Part shown: positions 18,779 through 29,017 of the stretch, piece by piece
How positions within the stretch are numbered: position 1 is the stretch's first letter
Layout: every line of letters begins with the position of its first letter
Source: Clostridia bacterium
GTDB lineage: Bacteria; Bacillota; Clostridia; UMGS1810
Assembly (NCBI GenBank): GCA_045537365.1
Contig: JAZSPJ010000137.1
Coordinates: forward strand, 1 to 56,464
Length of the DNA stretch: 56,464 nt
Direction of reading: 5' to 3'
Program-made: the position numbers and the translations under genes
Notes under the pieces: model-generated
What the model was told of the DNA's origin: nothing
Databases searched by the model: none
The model's input: only the letters and a program-made list of their open reading frames with translations

Positions 18779-19222
18779 ATGATAACCCCATTGGATTTAG
18801 AAGCAAAAAAATTTGAAAGCGCAGCTTTCGGTTATAAAAAAAGCGATGTTGACGATTTTATGGAGTGCTTGGTACCCGATTATGAAGCTCTGTATAAGGA
18901 AAACATAAAGCTTGGCGAGAAAATAAGCGAGCTTGAACAGAGGCTTGAAACCTATAAAACTATGGAAGATACAATGAAAAACACCTTAATAGTTGCGCAA
19001 AACACAGCCGAGGATGTACAAAAAGCCGCAAACGAAAAAGCTGATATAATTATAGCCGAGGCAAAAGCCGAGGCAGGCAAAATAGCTTTGGAGGCTAATG
19101 AGGGTGTTAAACAGGCAAACGAAAAAATGGAGCAGATTAAAAGAGAGATGGATATATTTGTAAGCCACTCAATAGGTGCGCTTAAAGCGCAATTAGAATT
19201 ATTTGAAAAATACAACAAATAA
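18779..19222 (+). CDS. divIVA: DivIVA-domain protein
   Basis: ITPLDLEAKKFESAAFGYKKSDVDDFM N-terminus followed by a coiled-coil. The ATG lies after AAAGGAAAGGTG. The track ORF begins at 18752. Confidence 0.85.
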   Translation: MITPLDLEAKKFESAAFGYKKSDVDDFMECLVPDYEALYKENIKLGEKISELEQRLETYKTMEDTMKNTLIVAQNTAEDVQKAANEKADIIIAEAKAEAGKIALEANEGVKQANEKMEQIKREMDIFVSHSIGALKAQLELFEKYNK

Positions 19223-19414
19223 GGGATGTAAAAAAACTCCGGAACGCAAAAAGGCAAGTATAAAGAACGGCTTAAAAAAGAGCCGTCTGCAAAGTGGATT
19301 TAAGGATTGTCAATGGAGTTAATTTGAGGATTGTTTAGAAATTAAACCAGAGCTGTTTAAAAAGAATGTTTCGTAGTGTTCGACAGCCTCTCTTGTAATG
19401 CCCTCCTTGCCTAA

Positions 19415-19481
19415 AGGAGGGGGACCGCTTTAGCGGTGGGAGGATTCAGGAGGGGGACCAAGCTTTGCTTGGTGGAGATTC
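19415..19481 (+). repeat. Tandem duplication (33 + 34 nt) of a GGAGG-rich hairpin module
   Basis: Copy 1 is AGGAGGGGGACC-GCTTTAGC-GGTGGGAGGATTC. Copy 2 follows directly and is AGGAGGGGGACC-AAGCTTTGCTT-GGTGGAGATTC. Confidence 0.7.
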
Positions 19482-19539
19482 ATCCTACGAACCGTAAAGC
19501 GGACTTTTTAAACAGCCACTTGTTTTTGTAGGAGTTGTT

Positions 19540-20253
19540 ATGAGATTAGATAAATTTTTGTGCGACTGCGGTGTTGGAAGCCGTCGTGAAATAAAGCAAA
19601 AAGCCAAAACGGGGGTAATATGCGTAAACGGAAAAACCGTTTGCGATACATCGGTGCATATAAACGAAAATACCGATGAGGTTGTGTTTGACGGCAAAAA
19701 GCTCGTATATGCAAAATATGTGTACCTTATGCTCAATAAACCCGATGGCTACGTAAGTGCTACTTACGATAAAAAGCTCCCCGTAGTTTCCGACCTTGTG
19801 CCTGACGAGTTTGCTCATTTTGAGCCGTTTCCCGTCGGCAGGCTTGATATAGATACACACGGACTGCTTATTATGACAAACGATGGAGATATGTGCCATC
19901 GCCTGCTTGCACCCAAAAGCCATGTAGATAAAAAATATTATGTTGAAAGCGATATGCCCCTTACTGATGCTGACATACAAAAGCTTGAGGGCGGAGTGGA
20001 GCTTGACGACGGATATATAACAATGCCCTGCAGGGTTGAAAAGCTTGAGGATTGCTTTTCGTATATTACAATATGCGAGGGTAAGTTTCATCAGGTAAAA
20101 CGGATGTACGAAACAGTGGGTAAAAAGGTTGTATATTTAAAACGAATATCAATGGGAGCGCTTTTGCTTGACGAAAGCCTGCCCGAGGGCAGTATGCGTC
20201 CGCTAACACAGGAAGAAATAGATTTACTTAACAATAACCGAAGGGAGAGCTGA
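19540..20253 (+). CDS. rsuA: Pseudouridine synthase, RsuA/RluB family (N-terminal S4 domain)
   Basis: MRLDKFL start and GRLDIDTHGLLIMTNDG catalytic motif. Confidence 0.85.
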   Translation: MRLDKFLCDCGVGSRREIKQKAKTGVICVNGKTVCDTSVHINENTDEVVFDGKKLVYAKYVYLMLNKPDGYVSATYDKKLPVVSDLVPDEFAHFEPFPVGRLDIDTHGLLIMTNDGDMCHRLLAPKSHVDKKYYVESDMPLTDADIQKLEGGVELDDGYITMPCRVEKLEDCFSYITICEGKFHQVKRMYETVGKKVVYLKRISMGALLLDESLPEGSMRPLTQEEIDLLNNNRRES

Positions 20254-20256
20254 AAA

Positions 20257-22401
20257 ATGGATATAATTAAATGTCTTGCCGAGGAGCTTGGTATAACAAC
20301 CAGTCAGGCGGAAAATACAGTAAAGCTTATAGACGAGGGCAATACCATACCCTTTATTGCCAGATACCGTAAAGAGGTAACAGGCTCATTAAACGATGAG
20401 GTGCTCCGTAAGCTTAACGACCGCCTTACATACTTAAGAGCCCTCGACCAGAGGCGCGAGGAAATAATAAGGCTTATAGACGAGCAGGGCAAGCTTGATG
20501 CCGAGCTTGAGGAAAAAATAAACAAAGCTACTGTACTACAGGAGCTTGAGGACCTTTACCGCCCTTACAGACCGAAAAGGAGAACAAGGGCAACCGTTGC
20601 AAAGGAAAAGGGATTAGAACCGCTTGCACTTTTAATGTTTGAAAGTTGTGATAAAACCGGCAGTGTAACTGACGAGGCTCAAAAATATATAAATGAGGAG
20701 CTTGGCGTTTTAACCGCAGAGGATGCAATAGAGGGTGCAAAGGATATTATTGCGGAAATTTTGTCCGACGATGCGGATTTAAGAAAGCATATAAGAAGCA
20801 TTACCTTTAATCATGGTCTTATACGAAGTAAAAATTCGGGCGAGGAGGATTCTGTTTACTCGATGTACTACGATTTTTCACAGCCTGTTAAAGCTGTGGC
20901 GTCCCACAGAGTGCTTGCTATGGACAGGGGCGAAAAAGAGGAATTTTTAACCGTTTCAATAGTTACCGAGGACCAGGCTGTTTTAGAATATATGGAGCAC
21001 GCCGTACTTAAAGGCTCAATTTATGACGATATATTAAAAGAGGCAATTGCCGACAGCTACAAAAGGCTTATTGGGCCGTCAATCGAGCGTGAAATACGAA
21101 ACACACTTACCGAAAATGCAGGCGAGCAGGCAATAGGACTTTTCAGCAAAAACCTTTATCAGCTTTTAATGCAACCGCCATTTAAAAATGTTAATGTGCT
21201 GGGAGTAGACCCCGGCTATCGTACAGGCTGTAAGCTTGCGGTGGTAGACGAAACGGGCAAGGTATGTGCAACATCGGTAATTTACTGCACACTTGACCAT
21301 CATGATAAAGAAAAAAGCGCCAAAATTGTAACTGATTTAATTAATAAATATAATGTAAACCTTGTTTCAATAGGTAACGGAACAGCATCAAAGGAAACTG
21401 AGATTTTTATTTGCGATGTACTTAAAAATCTTGACCGCAAGGTGTATTATTTAATGACAAACGAGGCAGGAGCATCGGTTTACTCGGCGTCAAAGCTTGC
21501 AACAGAGGAATTTCCCGATTTTACCGTTGAACAGAGAAGTGCCGCATCCATTGCGCGCAGAGTTCAGGACCCTCTTGCAGAGCTTGTTAAAATAGATCCA
21601 AAATCAATCGGCGTAGGTCAGTATCAGCACGATATGAACCAAAAACGCTTAAGCGAGGCGCTTTCGGGAGTGGTAGAAAACTGTGTTAACTCTGTTGGCG
21701 TTGACCTTAATACTGCATCTGCACCGCTTCTTGCTTATATTGCAGGCCTGTCATCGCAGGTTGCAAAAAATATCGTTAAATTCCGTGAGGAAAACGGCAA
21801 GTTTAAATCAAGAAAACAGCTTTTAAAGGTTGCAAAATTGGGCCCGAAGGCTTACGAGCAATGTGCAGGCTTTTTGCGTATAGCAGGGGGCGATGAAATA
21901 CTTGACTCTACAAGTGTTCACCCCGAATCCTACGGTGCGGCTCTTGACCTGCTTTGCGAGGCAGGCTTTACAAGCGACGATGTTAAGGCACATAATATAA
22001 ACAATCTGCGCGAAAAAACAAAGGTTATAGATATGAAAGCCTTTTGCGAAAAGCATTCCATCGGTATGCCAACCGTAAACGATATTATAGACGCACTCTT
22101 AAAACCGGGGCTTGATCCCCGTGACGAAATGCCAAAGCCTGTGCTTATGTCCGATATTTTAAGTATGGAGGATTTAAAGCCGGGTATGGTGCTTACAGGC
22201 ACGGTGCGCAATGTAATAGACTTTGGCGCATTTGTAGATATTGGCGTGCATCAGGACGGACTTGTGCATATATCACAAATTTCCAATAAATATATAAAAC
22301 ATCCTACCGATGTACTCAGCGTAGGCGATGTTATAAAGGTAAAGGTGCTCGATGTAAATACCGGTAAAAAGAAAATATCGCTTTCAATTAAAGAGGTGTA
22401 A
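20257..22401 (+). CDS. tex: Tex-like transcription accessory protein (YqgF, HhH and S1 domains)
   Basis: 714 aa. IPFIARYRKE N-terminus and C-terminal S1 domain (GTVRNVIDFGAFVDIG). Confidence 0.9.
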   Translation: MDIIKCLAEELGITTSQAENTVKLIDEGNTIPFIARYRKEVTGSLNDEVLRKLNDRLTYLRALDQRREEIIRLIDEQGKLDAELEEKINKATVLQELEDLYRPYRPKRRTRATVAKEKGLEPLALLMFESCDKTGSVTDEAQKYINEELGVLTAEDAIEGAKDIIAEILSDDADLRKHIRSITFNHGLIRSKNSGEEDSVYSMYYDFSQPVKAVASHRVLAMDRGEKEEFLTVSIVTEDQAVLEYMEHAVLKGSIYDDILKEAIADSYKRLIGPSIEREIRNTLTENAGEQAIGLFSKNLYQLLMQPPFKNVNVLGVDPGYRTGCKLAVVDETGKVCATSVIYCTLDHHDKEKSAKIVTDLINKYNVNLVSIGNGTASKETEIFICDVLKNLDRKVYYLMTNEAGASVYSASKLATEEFPDFTVEQRSAASIARRVQDPLAELVKIDPKSIGVGQYQHDMNQKRLSEALSGVVENCVNSVGVDLNTASAPLLAYIAGLSSQVAKNIVKFREENGKFKSRKQLLKVAKLGPKAYEQCAGFLRIAGGDEILDSTSVHPESYGAALDLLCEAGFTSDDVKAHNINNLREKTKVIDMKAFCEKHSIGMPTVNDIIDALLKPGLDPRDEMPKPVLMSDILSMEDLKPGMVLTGTVRNVIDFGAFVDIGVHQDGLVHISQISNKYIKHPTDVLSVGDVIKVKVLDVNTGKKKISLSIKEV

Positions 22402-22443
22402 AAATCCCCGACTGCCGTACTATGCGGTAAGTCGGGGATTTTA
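22401..22443. terminator. Bidirectional terminator between tex and ftsW
   Basis: Stem ATCCCCGACT / AGTCGGGGAT, flanked by AAAA and TTTT. Confidence 0.75.
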
Positions 22444-22446
22444 TGT

Positions 22447-23676
22447 TCAATCATATTTTTTTGATATAGCAGTAAGTATTCCAAGCATTATAAAGCTTGA
22501 AACCATACTTGAACCGCCATAGCTTACAAAGGGCAGGGTTATGCCCGTAAGGGGTATCATTTTTATTACACCGCCGACTATTATAAAGGTCTGGTAAGCA
22601 AAACTGCTTACAAGTGCAACAGTTAAGGCTTTGTTAAACTCGTTTTTTGTTTTAAGAGCAATTTTAAAGCCACGGTACGAAAATATAAAGTAAAGCATTA
22701 TAATTGCAATGCCCGTAAACATACCCATTTCCTCGCATATTGCCGAGAATATAAAATCGGAGTGTACCTCGGGTATAAAGTAAGGATCACCGTTGCCTAT
22801 GCCTGTGCCGAAATAACCTCCCGATGCAATGGCTGTAAGCGACTGCACTATCTGGTAGCCTTTGTTTGTGGCATCTGCCCAAGGGTCGAGCCATGTGCTT
22901 ACTCTTGATTTTATATGCGATGTAAACATATATCCGCCCGTCATACCAAGCACGGCAAGGCAGGCATTTAGTATAATAAGTCTTATGTTGGAGTCGTACA
23001 GCAACAGCATTGTAAAGTATACCAGCATAAACAGTACCGCCGTACCCCACTCCCTTTGAATAACCAGAAAGCCAAGGCACATATACACATATAAAAACAA
23101 AATCCAGTCCTTGATTTTAACACCCAATTTTTTTTGATTCAATGCCTCAATTCTGCTTTCTTTTTTATAAAAAAAGCTTGCCATTGTAAAGGCATAAAGT
23201 ATTTTTATAAACTCCGACGGCTGAATGGTGTTTTGCCCTATTTTAATCCAGTTGCGCGAGCCGTTTACGGTTATGCCGAATATTAAAGTGCCCGCAAACA
23301 TTAAAAAGCTTAAAATAATGTAAAAATATGTAAGACTTGCCCATTTTTTAAACAAGCCGAAAATGGCATAGCTTACAAAAAATACTATAATACCTGCGCC
23401 AAACCATATTACCTGACTTGTGCCCTTAAAGGCATCTATGCGAAACAGCATAATACTGCCAATGCTTACAAGCATAGATACCATTAAAAACATATATACA
23501 TCGCCAAGCTCAAAACGGCTCATAATAAAGTAAACCGCAATGTTTACGGCGCACAGCGAAAGCCCGCAGTACACCACATACATATTTTCGGTTTTATAAA
23601 AAAAGTACAAAAGCAAAAAGCCTATAATGTTTATAAGCATCATCATAAGCATCGGGCGTATTCTTGTTTTAGTCAT
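22447..23676 (-). CDS. FtsW/RodA/SpoVE-family (SEDS) protein
   Basis: 409-aa polytopic membrane protein. Motifs IQPSEFIK, SDFIFSAICEE and PFVSYGGSS. Confidence 0.85.
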   Translation of the reverse strand: MTKTRIRPMLMMMLINIIGFLLLYFFYKTENMYVVYCGLSLCAVNIAVYFIMSRFELGDVYMFLMVSMLVSIGSIMLFRIDAFKGTSQVIWFGAGIIVFFVSYAIFGLFKKWASLTYFYIILSFLMFAGTLIFGITVNGSRNWIKIGQNTIQPSEFIKILYAFTMASFFYKKESRIEALNQKKLGVKIKDWILFLYVYMCLGFLVIQREWGTAVLFMLVYFTMLLLYDSNIRLIILNACLAVLGMTGGYMFTSHIKSRVSTWLDPWADATNKGYQIVQSLTAIASGGYFGTGIGNGDPYFIPEVHSDFIFSAICEEMGMFTGIAIIMLYFIFSYRGFKIALKTKNEFNKALTVALVSSFAYQTFIIVGGVIKMIPLTGITLPFVSYGGSSMVSSFIMLGILTAISKKYD

Positions 23677-23685
23677 AAAATCCCC

Positions 23686-24141
23686 CTACCTTACAGATGT
23701 ACTGTCTACAAATATAAAGCTCACATCGCCAAAGGATATTTTATCGTTATCCTTTAATTTGACCGGATGTGCCGTTGTTATTTCCTGACCGTTTACAAAA
23801 GTACCGTTGGTACTGTTTAAATCCTCTATAAAAAACTTATCCCTGTCAAAAAATATTCGTGCATGTGTTTTTGATAAATACTTGTCGTTAATATAAATAT
23901 CGCATTTTTTACTTCTGCCTATGGTAGCGTTTTCTCTTATGGAATAGCTTTCGTATATTTTAAAGTTTAAATCTTTTCTTAAGTTTATAAGCTTTAAATA
24001 ACCGTAGCCGTCCTCGTCTGCCTTGCTCATCCGGCGTGCATCGGATATATCAAGATACACCAGCTTAACAACGCTGTATATAAACATATATATTACTACA
24101 ACAAAAGCATATTTTAATATGTCGGATATAACAGTGTACAC
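23686..24141 (-). CDS. Membrane-anchored FHA-domain protein
   Basis: GTG start 7 nt after GGAGGTG. N-terminal TM helix, then FHA signature GRS...D..I....LSKTHARI...D.NSTNGTFVNG. Confidence 0.8.
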   Translation of the reverse strand: MYTVISDILKYAFVVVIYMFIYSVVKLVYLDISDARRMSKADEDGYGYLKLINLRKDLNFKIYESYSIRENATIGRSKKCDIYINDKYLSKTHARIFFDRDKFFIEDLNSTNGTFVNGQEITTAHPVKLKDNDKISFGDVSFIFVDSTSVR

Positions 24142-24163
24142 TTGTTTGCACCTCCAAATCGGA

Positions 24164-26980
24164 TTATTTTTGTCTTTCGAATATCTGTTTTAAATACTTG
24201 CCTGTATAGGATTTTTCGCATCTTGCAACTTCCTCAGGTGTTCCTGTACATACAATATTTCCGCCGCCGTCACCGCCCTCAGGGCCTAAATCTATTATGT
24301 GGTCGGCAATTTTTATTACATCTAAATTATGTTCAATTACCACCACAGTATTGCCTGTGTCAGCAAGCTGACCTAATATTTCAACAAGCCTGTGTACATC
24401 GTAGGAGTGAAGCCCCGTTGTAGGCTCGTCAAGTACATAAAGAGTTCTGCCTGTGGAGCGTCTGGAAAGCTCTGTTGCAAGCTTTACTCTTTGCGCCTCA
24501 CCGCCCGAAAGTGTTGTGGACGGCTGACCTATTTTTATATAGCCTAAGCCGACATCAAAAAGGGTTTGAAGCTTTCTTTTGATTTTTGGAATATTCTCAA
24601 AAAACTTAACGCCTTCCTCAACTGTCATTTCAAGCACTTCGTGTATGTTTTTACCTTTAAAGCGCACCTCTAAGGTTTCACGGTTGTATCGTTTGCCCTT
24701 GCACACCTCGCAGGGTACATATACATCGGATAAAAAGTGCATCTCTATTTTAATAATGCCGTCGCCTGAGCAGGCCTCGCATCTGCCGCCACTTACATTA
24801 AAGCTGAATCTGCCCGATTTGTAACCGCGCATTTTTGCCTCGTTCGTGCTTGCAAAAACATCCCTTATATCCGAAAATACACCTGTATATGTTGCAGGGT
24901 TTGAACGTGGTGTTCTGCCGATTGGCGACTGGTCTATTACTATTATTTTATCAAGGTTTTCTGCACCTTGTATTTCTTTGTGCTTACCGCCTTTGTTGCG
25001 TGCACGGTTTAAATCGTGGCTAAGCTGTTTTGAAAGTATTTCGTTTACAAGGCTTGATTTACCCGAACCCGATACTCCTGTAACACATATAAATTTACCA
25101 AGTGGGAATTTAACATCTATATTTTTAAGGTTGTTTTCCTCTGCACCCGTAACGGTAAGGGTTTCACCGTTACCTTTTCTGCGGTGCTTTGGTATATCTA
25201 TTTTTTCAGCTCCGCTTAAATACTTCCCAGTAATACTTTCGGGGGTTTGCATTATCTCTTTAGCTGTACCCTGGGCTACCACATAACCGCCGTGTATACC
25301 TGCTCCCGGACCTATATCAATAATATGGTCTGCCGAAAGCATAGTATCCTCATCGTGTTCAACTACAATTAAGGTATTGCCTAAATCACGCAGTTTTTTA
25401 AGTGTTGAAAGAAGTTTGTCGTTATCCCTCTGATGCAGACCTATGCTTGGCTCGTCAAGGATATACAGTACACCCGTAAGCTTTGAACCTATTTGTGTTG
25501 CAAGGCGTATTCGCTGTGCCTCACCGCCCGAAAGTGTGCCTGCGCTTCTGGAAAGTGTAAGGTATTCAAGACCTACATCGCTTAAAAAGCTTAAACGGGA
25601 ATTTATTTCCTTTAAAATTTGCTTTGCAATTATTTTTTCTTTTTCAGATAAGCTCAAATTTTCAAAAAAGCTTTTTGAGTTTGCTACCGCCATATCTGTT
25701 ACCTCGGCAATATTCTTGCCCCCAACGGTTACTGCAAGCACTTCGGGCTTTAAGCGTGTACCCTTGCACTCGTGGCATACCTTGTGGCAAAAAAGCTGTT
25801 CTATTTCCGATTTTCCAAAGCTGAAATTATCGTGAAAACGGCGGTCGATAATTGTTATAATACCCTCAAAGGGTTCGTGCTTTACCGCATTTTTATATTT
25901 AAAATCTATAGGATAGTCAGTGCCGAACAGCAGTGATTTTTGTGCTTCCTCGCTTAAATCCTGCCAGGGGGTATCAAATGTAAAGCCGTATATACCGCTT
26001 AAGCTTTTAAGCCAGCCGTAATAATAGGAGGTTTTTTCCATAACATTAAACCAGCCGTGGGCATTTATAGCTCCCTGATTTATGGATTTTGTTTTATCGG
26101 GTATAACAAGGTCAACATCAACCTCTTCAAGCGAGCCTATACCGCTGCACACGGGACATGCGCCCAAGGGGTTATTGAACGAAAACATTCTTGGGCTTAA
26201 TTCAAGCATATCAATACCGCAGTCACGGCAGGCATAATTCTGGCTGAATATAAGCTCCTCTAAATCGTTTATGGTTACTATTACAATACCGCCGCCAAGG
26301 TTAAGGGCTGTTTCCACCGAGTCGGCAATGCGGGCATCAATGCCATCTTTTATTTTAATACGGTCTATTATAATATCAATTGTGTGGCGGTGGTTTTTTT
26401 CCAGCTTAATGCTCTCATACAAGTCGTAAACCTTGCCGTCAATCCTTGCCCTTACATAGCCGTTTTTCTTTGCACTTTCCAAAACCTTGCTGTGCTCGCC
26501 CTTTTTATCTTTAACTACAGGTGCAAGAATTTGTATTTTTGTGCCCTCGGTATGGGCTTTTACTCTGTCTACAATTTCGTCAACGGTTTGCTGATTTATT
26601 TCTTTTCCGCATTTCGGGCAATGGGGTATACCTATTCTTGCAAAAAGAAGTCTTAAATAATCGTATATTTCGGTAACTGTTCCAACAGTTGAACGGGGAT
26701 TTCTTGCAGTTGTTTTCTGGTCGATGCTTATTGCAGGTGAAAGCCCATCAATGTTATCAACATCGGGCTTGTCCATCTGACCTAAAAACATACGGGCATA
26801 AGATGAAAGCGACTCTACATACCTTCGCTGTCCTTCGGCATATATCGTATCAAAGGCAAGCGATGATTTACCCGAACCGCTTAAGCCTGTTATGACAACA
26901 AACTTATCCCTGGGTATATCAATATTTATATCTTTAAGATTATGCTCTCTTGCACCTCTTATTTTTATATATTCCTTCAT
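24164..26980 (-). CDS. uvrA: Excinuclease ABC subunit A
   Basis: Two ABC modules ([18 protein letters not shown]) and zinc-finger Cys clusters. The start is taken at ATG 26980. Confidence 0.97.
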   Translation of the reverse strand: MKEYIKIRGAREHNLKDINIDIPRDKFVVITGLSGSGKSSLAFDTIYAEGQRRYVESLSSYARMFLGQMDKPDVDNIDGLSPAISIDQKTTARNPRSTVGTVTEIYDYLRLLFARIGIPHCPKCGKEINQQTVDEIVDRVKAHTEGTKIQILAPVVKDKKGEHSKVLESAKKNGYVRARIDGKVYDLYESIKLEKNHRHTIDIIIDRIKIKDGIDARIADSVETALNLGGGIVIVTINDLEELIFSQNYACRDCGIDMLELSPRMFSFNNPLGACPVCSGIGSLEEVDVDLVIPDKTKSINQGAINAHGWFNVMEKTSYYYGWLKSLSGIYGFTFDTPWQDLSEEAQKSLLFGTDYPIDFKYKNAVKHEPFEGIITIIDRRFHDNFSFGKSEIEQLFCHKVCHECKGTRLKPEVLAVTVGGKNIAEVTDMAVANSKSFFENLSLSEKEKIIAKQILKEINSRLSFLSDVGLEYLTLSRSAGTLSGGEAQRIRLATQIGSKLTGVLYILDEPSIGLHQRDNDKLLSTLKKLRDLGNTLIVVEHDEDTMLSADHIIDIGPGAGIHGGYVVAQGTAKEIMQTPESITGKYLSGAEKIDIPKHRRKGNGETLTVTGAEENNLKNIDVKFPLGKFICVTGVSGSGKSSLVNEILSKQLSHDLNRARNKGGKHKEIQGAENLDKIIVIDQSPIGRTPRSNPATYTGVFSDIRDVFASTNEAKMRGYKSGRFSFNVSGGRCEACSGDGIIKIEMHFLSDVYVPCEVCKGKRYNRETLEVRFKGKNIHEVLEMTVEEGVKFFENIPKIKRKLQTLFDVGLGYIKIGQPSTTLSGGEAQRVKLATELSRRSTGRTLYVLDEPTTGLHSYDVHRLVEILGQLADTGNTVVVIEHNLDVIKIADHIIDLGPEGGDGGGNIVCTGTPEEVARCEKSYTGKYLKQIFERQK

Positions 26981-26985
26981 CAATG

Positions 26986-28941
26986 TTATTCACCCTTTAA
27001 TCGTATTATTTCGTCCCTGTAATGTGCGGCAATTTCAAATTCCATCTGCTGTGCCGCCTGTTTCATAAGACGGGTATATTCCTTAATGGTTTCCTCTTTG
27101 GTGAGCTTTTTGGTTTTTGTTGTTTGTGCCTCTTTGCTGTCGGCTGCAACAGTATTTAAAAGCTCTCTTATATCTTTTTTTACGCTCTTTGGCACAATAC
27201 CGTGCTTTTTATTGTAATCGGACTGTATTTTTCTGCGTCGCTTTGTTTCGGTAATGGCGCGCTCCATAGAGCCTGTTATTGTATCGGCATACATAATTAC
27301 CTTGCCGTCTATATTTCGTGCTGCTCTGCCTACTGTCTGCACAAGGCTTGTTTCGCTTCGCAAAAAGCCCTCTTTATCGGCATCGAGTATGGCAACGAGT
27401 GCCACTTCAGGTATATCCAGTCCCTCACGGAGAAGGTTTATGCCCACAAGCACATCAAACACGCCCATTCGCAAATCGCGCACTATTTCCATTCGCTCGG
27501 TGGTTTTTATATCACTGTGCAGATATTTAACCTTTATCTGTGCATCCCTTAAATAATCCGTAAGGCTTTCTGCCATTTTTTTGGTGAGTGTGGTTACAAG
27601 CACACGGTTTCCCTTGGCTGTGCATTGGTGTATTTCGTCTATAAGATCGTCAATTTGTCCTTTAACGGGTTTTATCTGTATTTCGGGGTCTATAAGTCCT
27701 GTGGGGCGTATAATCTGCTCAATAACACCCTGGGAATGTTCCCTTTCGTATTTTGCAGGGGTCGCACTTACAAATATAGCCTGATTTATACGGTTTTCAA
27801 ATTCCTCAAAATTAAGGGGGCGGTTATCGTAAGCGCTTGGCAGTCTGAACCCGAATTCCACAAGGCTGTCCTTTCTTGAGCGGTCGCCTGCATACATTGC
27901 ACCAACCTGCGGTATTGTTACATGGGATTCGTCAACAACAAGCAAAAAGTCTTTGGGAAAATAATCAAGCAATGTATACGGCGGACTACCAGGCTCTCTT
28001 GCACTTATGTGACGGCTGTAATTTTCTATTCCCTGACAAAACCCTATTTCCTGAAGCATTTCAAGGTCGTAATTTGTGCGCTGGGATATTCTTTGCATTT
28101 CTAGTATTTTATCCTGCTCTTTAAAATATGCCGTGCGCTCTGTAAGCTCGTCCTCGATGGTTTTAAGCGCTCTTTTCATTTTCTCGGCTGTGGTTGTATA
28201 GTGCGATGCAGGAAATATTACTATATGCTTTCTGTATGCCAGCACCTCGCCTGTTAAGGTGTCTATTTCGCAAATTCTGTCAACCTCATCACCAAAAAAT
28301 TCTATTCTTACGGCTTTTTCGTTTGTGTTAACAGGAAAAATCTCAACAACATCGCCCCTTACCCTGAATGTACCTCGCTCGGCGCTTATATCGTTTCGGT
28401 TATACTGTATTTCAACAAGCTTTTTAAGCAAAAAATCACGCTCGTATTCCATACCTGTGCGAATACTCAGCATAAGGTTTTCGTAATCGTCGGGGTCGCC
28501 AAGACCGTATATGCACGATACACTGGCAACAATTATTACATCACGTCTTTCAAAAAGCGATGCTGTTGCGCTGTGTCTTAATTTATCTATTTCGTCATTT
28601 ATGGAGGCATCCTTTTCAATGTAGGTATCTGTATGCGGTATATATGCCTCAGGCTGATAATAATCGTAATAGCTTACAAAATATTCAACTGCATTATAGG
28701 GAAAAAACTCCTTAAACTCACTGCAAAGCTGTGCCGCAAGGGTCTTATTGTGCGCAAGAACAAGGGTAGGTTTATTTACCCTTTCTATTGTTTTTGCTAT
28801 TGTATATGTTTTTCCCGAACCGGTTACGCCCATAAGGGTTTGAAATCTTTTTCCGTTTATTATGCCTTCGGATAAGCGGTCAATCGCCTGTATCTGGTCG
28901 CCCATAGGCTCAAAAGGGGATACTACTTTAAAATCAGGCAT
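26986..28941 (-). CDS. uvrB: Excinuclease ABC subunit B
   Basis: [14 protein letters not shown]-terminus, GVTGSGKT, and C-terminal UVR motif. The ATG lies after GGAGGAAAAAA. The track ORF extends to 28983. Confidence 0.97.
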   Translation of the reverse strand: MPDFKVVSPFEPMGDQIQAIDRLSEGIINGKRFQTLMGVTGSGKTYTIAKTIERVNKPTLVLAHNKTLAAQLCSEFKEFFPYNAVEYFVSYYDYYQPEAYIPHTDTYIEKDASINDEIDKLRHSATASLFERRDVIIVASVSCIYGLGDPDDYENLMLSIRTGMEYERDFLLKKLVEIQYNRNDISAERGTFRVRGDVVEIFPVNTNEKAVRIEFFGDEVDRICEIDTLTGEVLAYRKHIVIFPASHYTTTAEKMKRALKTIEDELTERTAYFKEQDKILEMQRISQRTNYDLEMLQEIGFCQGIENYSRHISAREPGSPPYTLLDYFPKDFLLVVDESHVTIPQVGAMYAGDRSRKDSLVEFGFRLPSAYDNRPLNFEEFENRINQAIFVSATPAKYEREHSQGVIEQIIRPTGLIDPEIQIKPVKGQIDDLIDEIHQCTAKGNRVLVTTLTKKMAESLTDYLRDAQIKVKYLHSDIKTTERMEIVRDLRMGVFDVLVGINLLREGLDIPEVALVAILDADKEGFLRSETSLVQTVGRAARNIDGKVIMYADTITGSMERAITETKRRRKIQSDYNKKHGIVPKSVKKDIRELLNTVAADSKEAQTTKTKKLTKEETIKEYTRLMKQAAQQMEFEIAAHYRDEIIRLKGE

Positions 28942-29017
28942 TTTTTCCTCCAAAAAAATTATATATAATTCTACACAATACATTATACCAAATTAAATGT
29001 TACAATTCAAGTTTATT

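Noticed and set aside
19401-19500. Resemblance to the pseudo-two-fold-symmetric c-di-AMP (ydaO) riboswitch, through GGGGGACC and GGUGGGAGGAUUC-like strings
   Set aside because: The strongly conserved 3' block of that class (…CCGA..CCG.CAGCUAAC…) is absent. The two halves here are near-identical direct repeats. The downstream gene (rsuA) is not a typical regulon member. A cmsearch with RF00379 would settle it.
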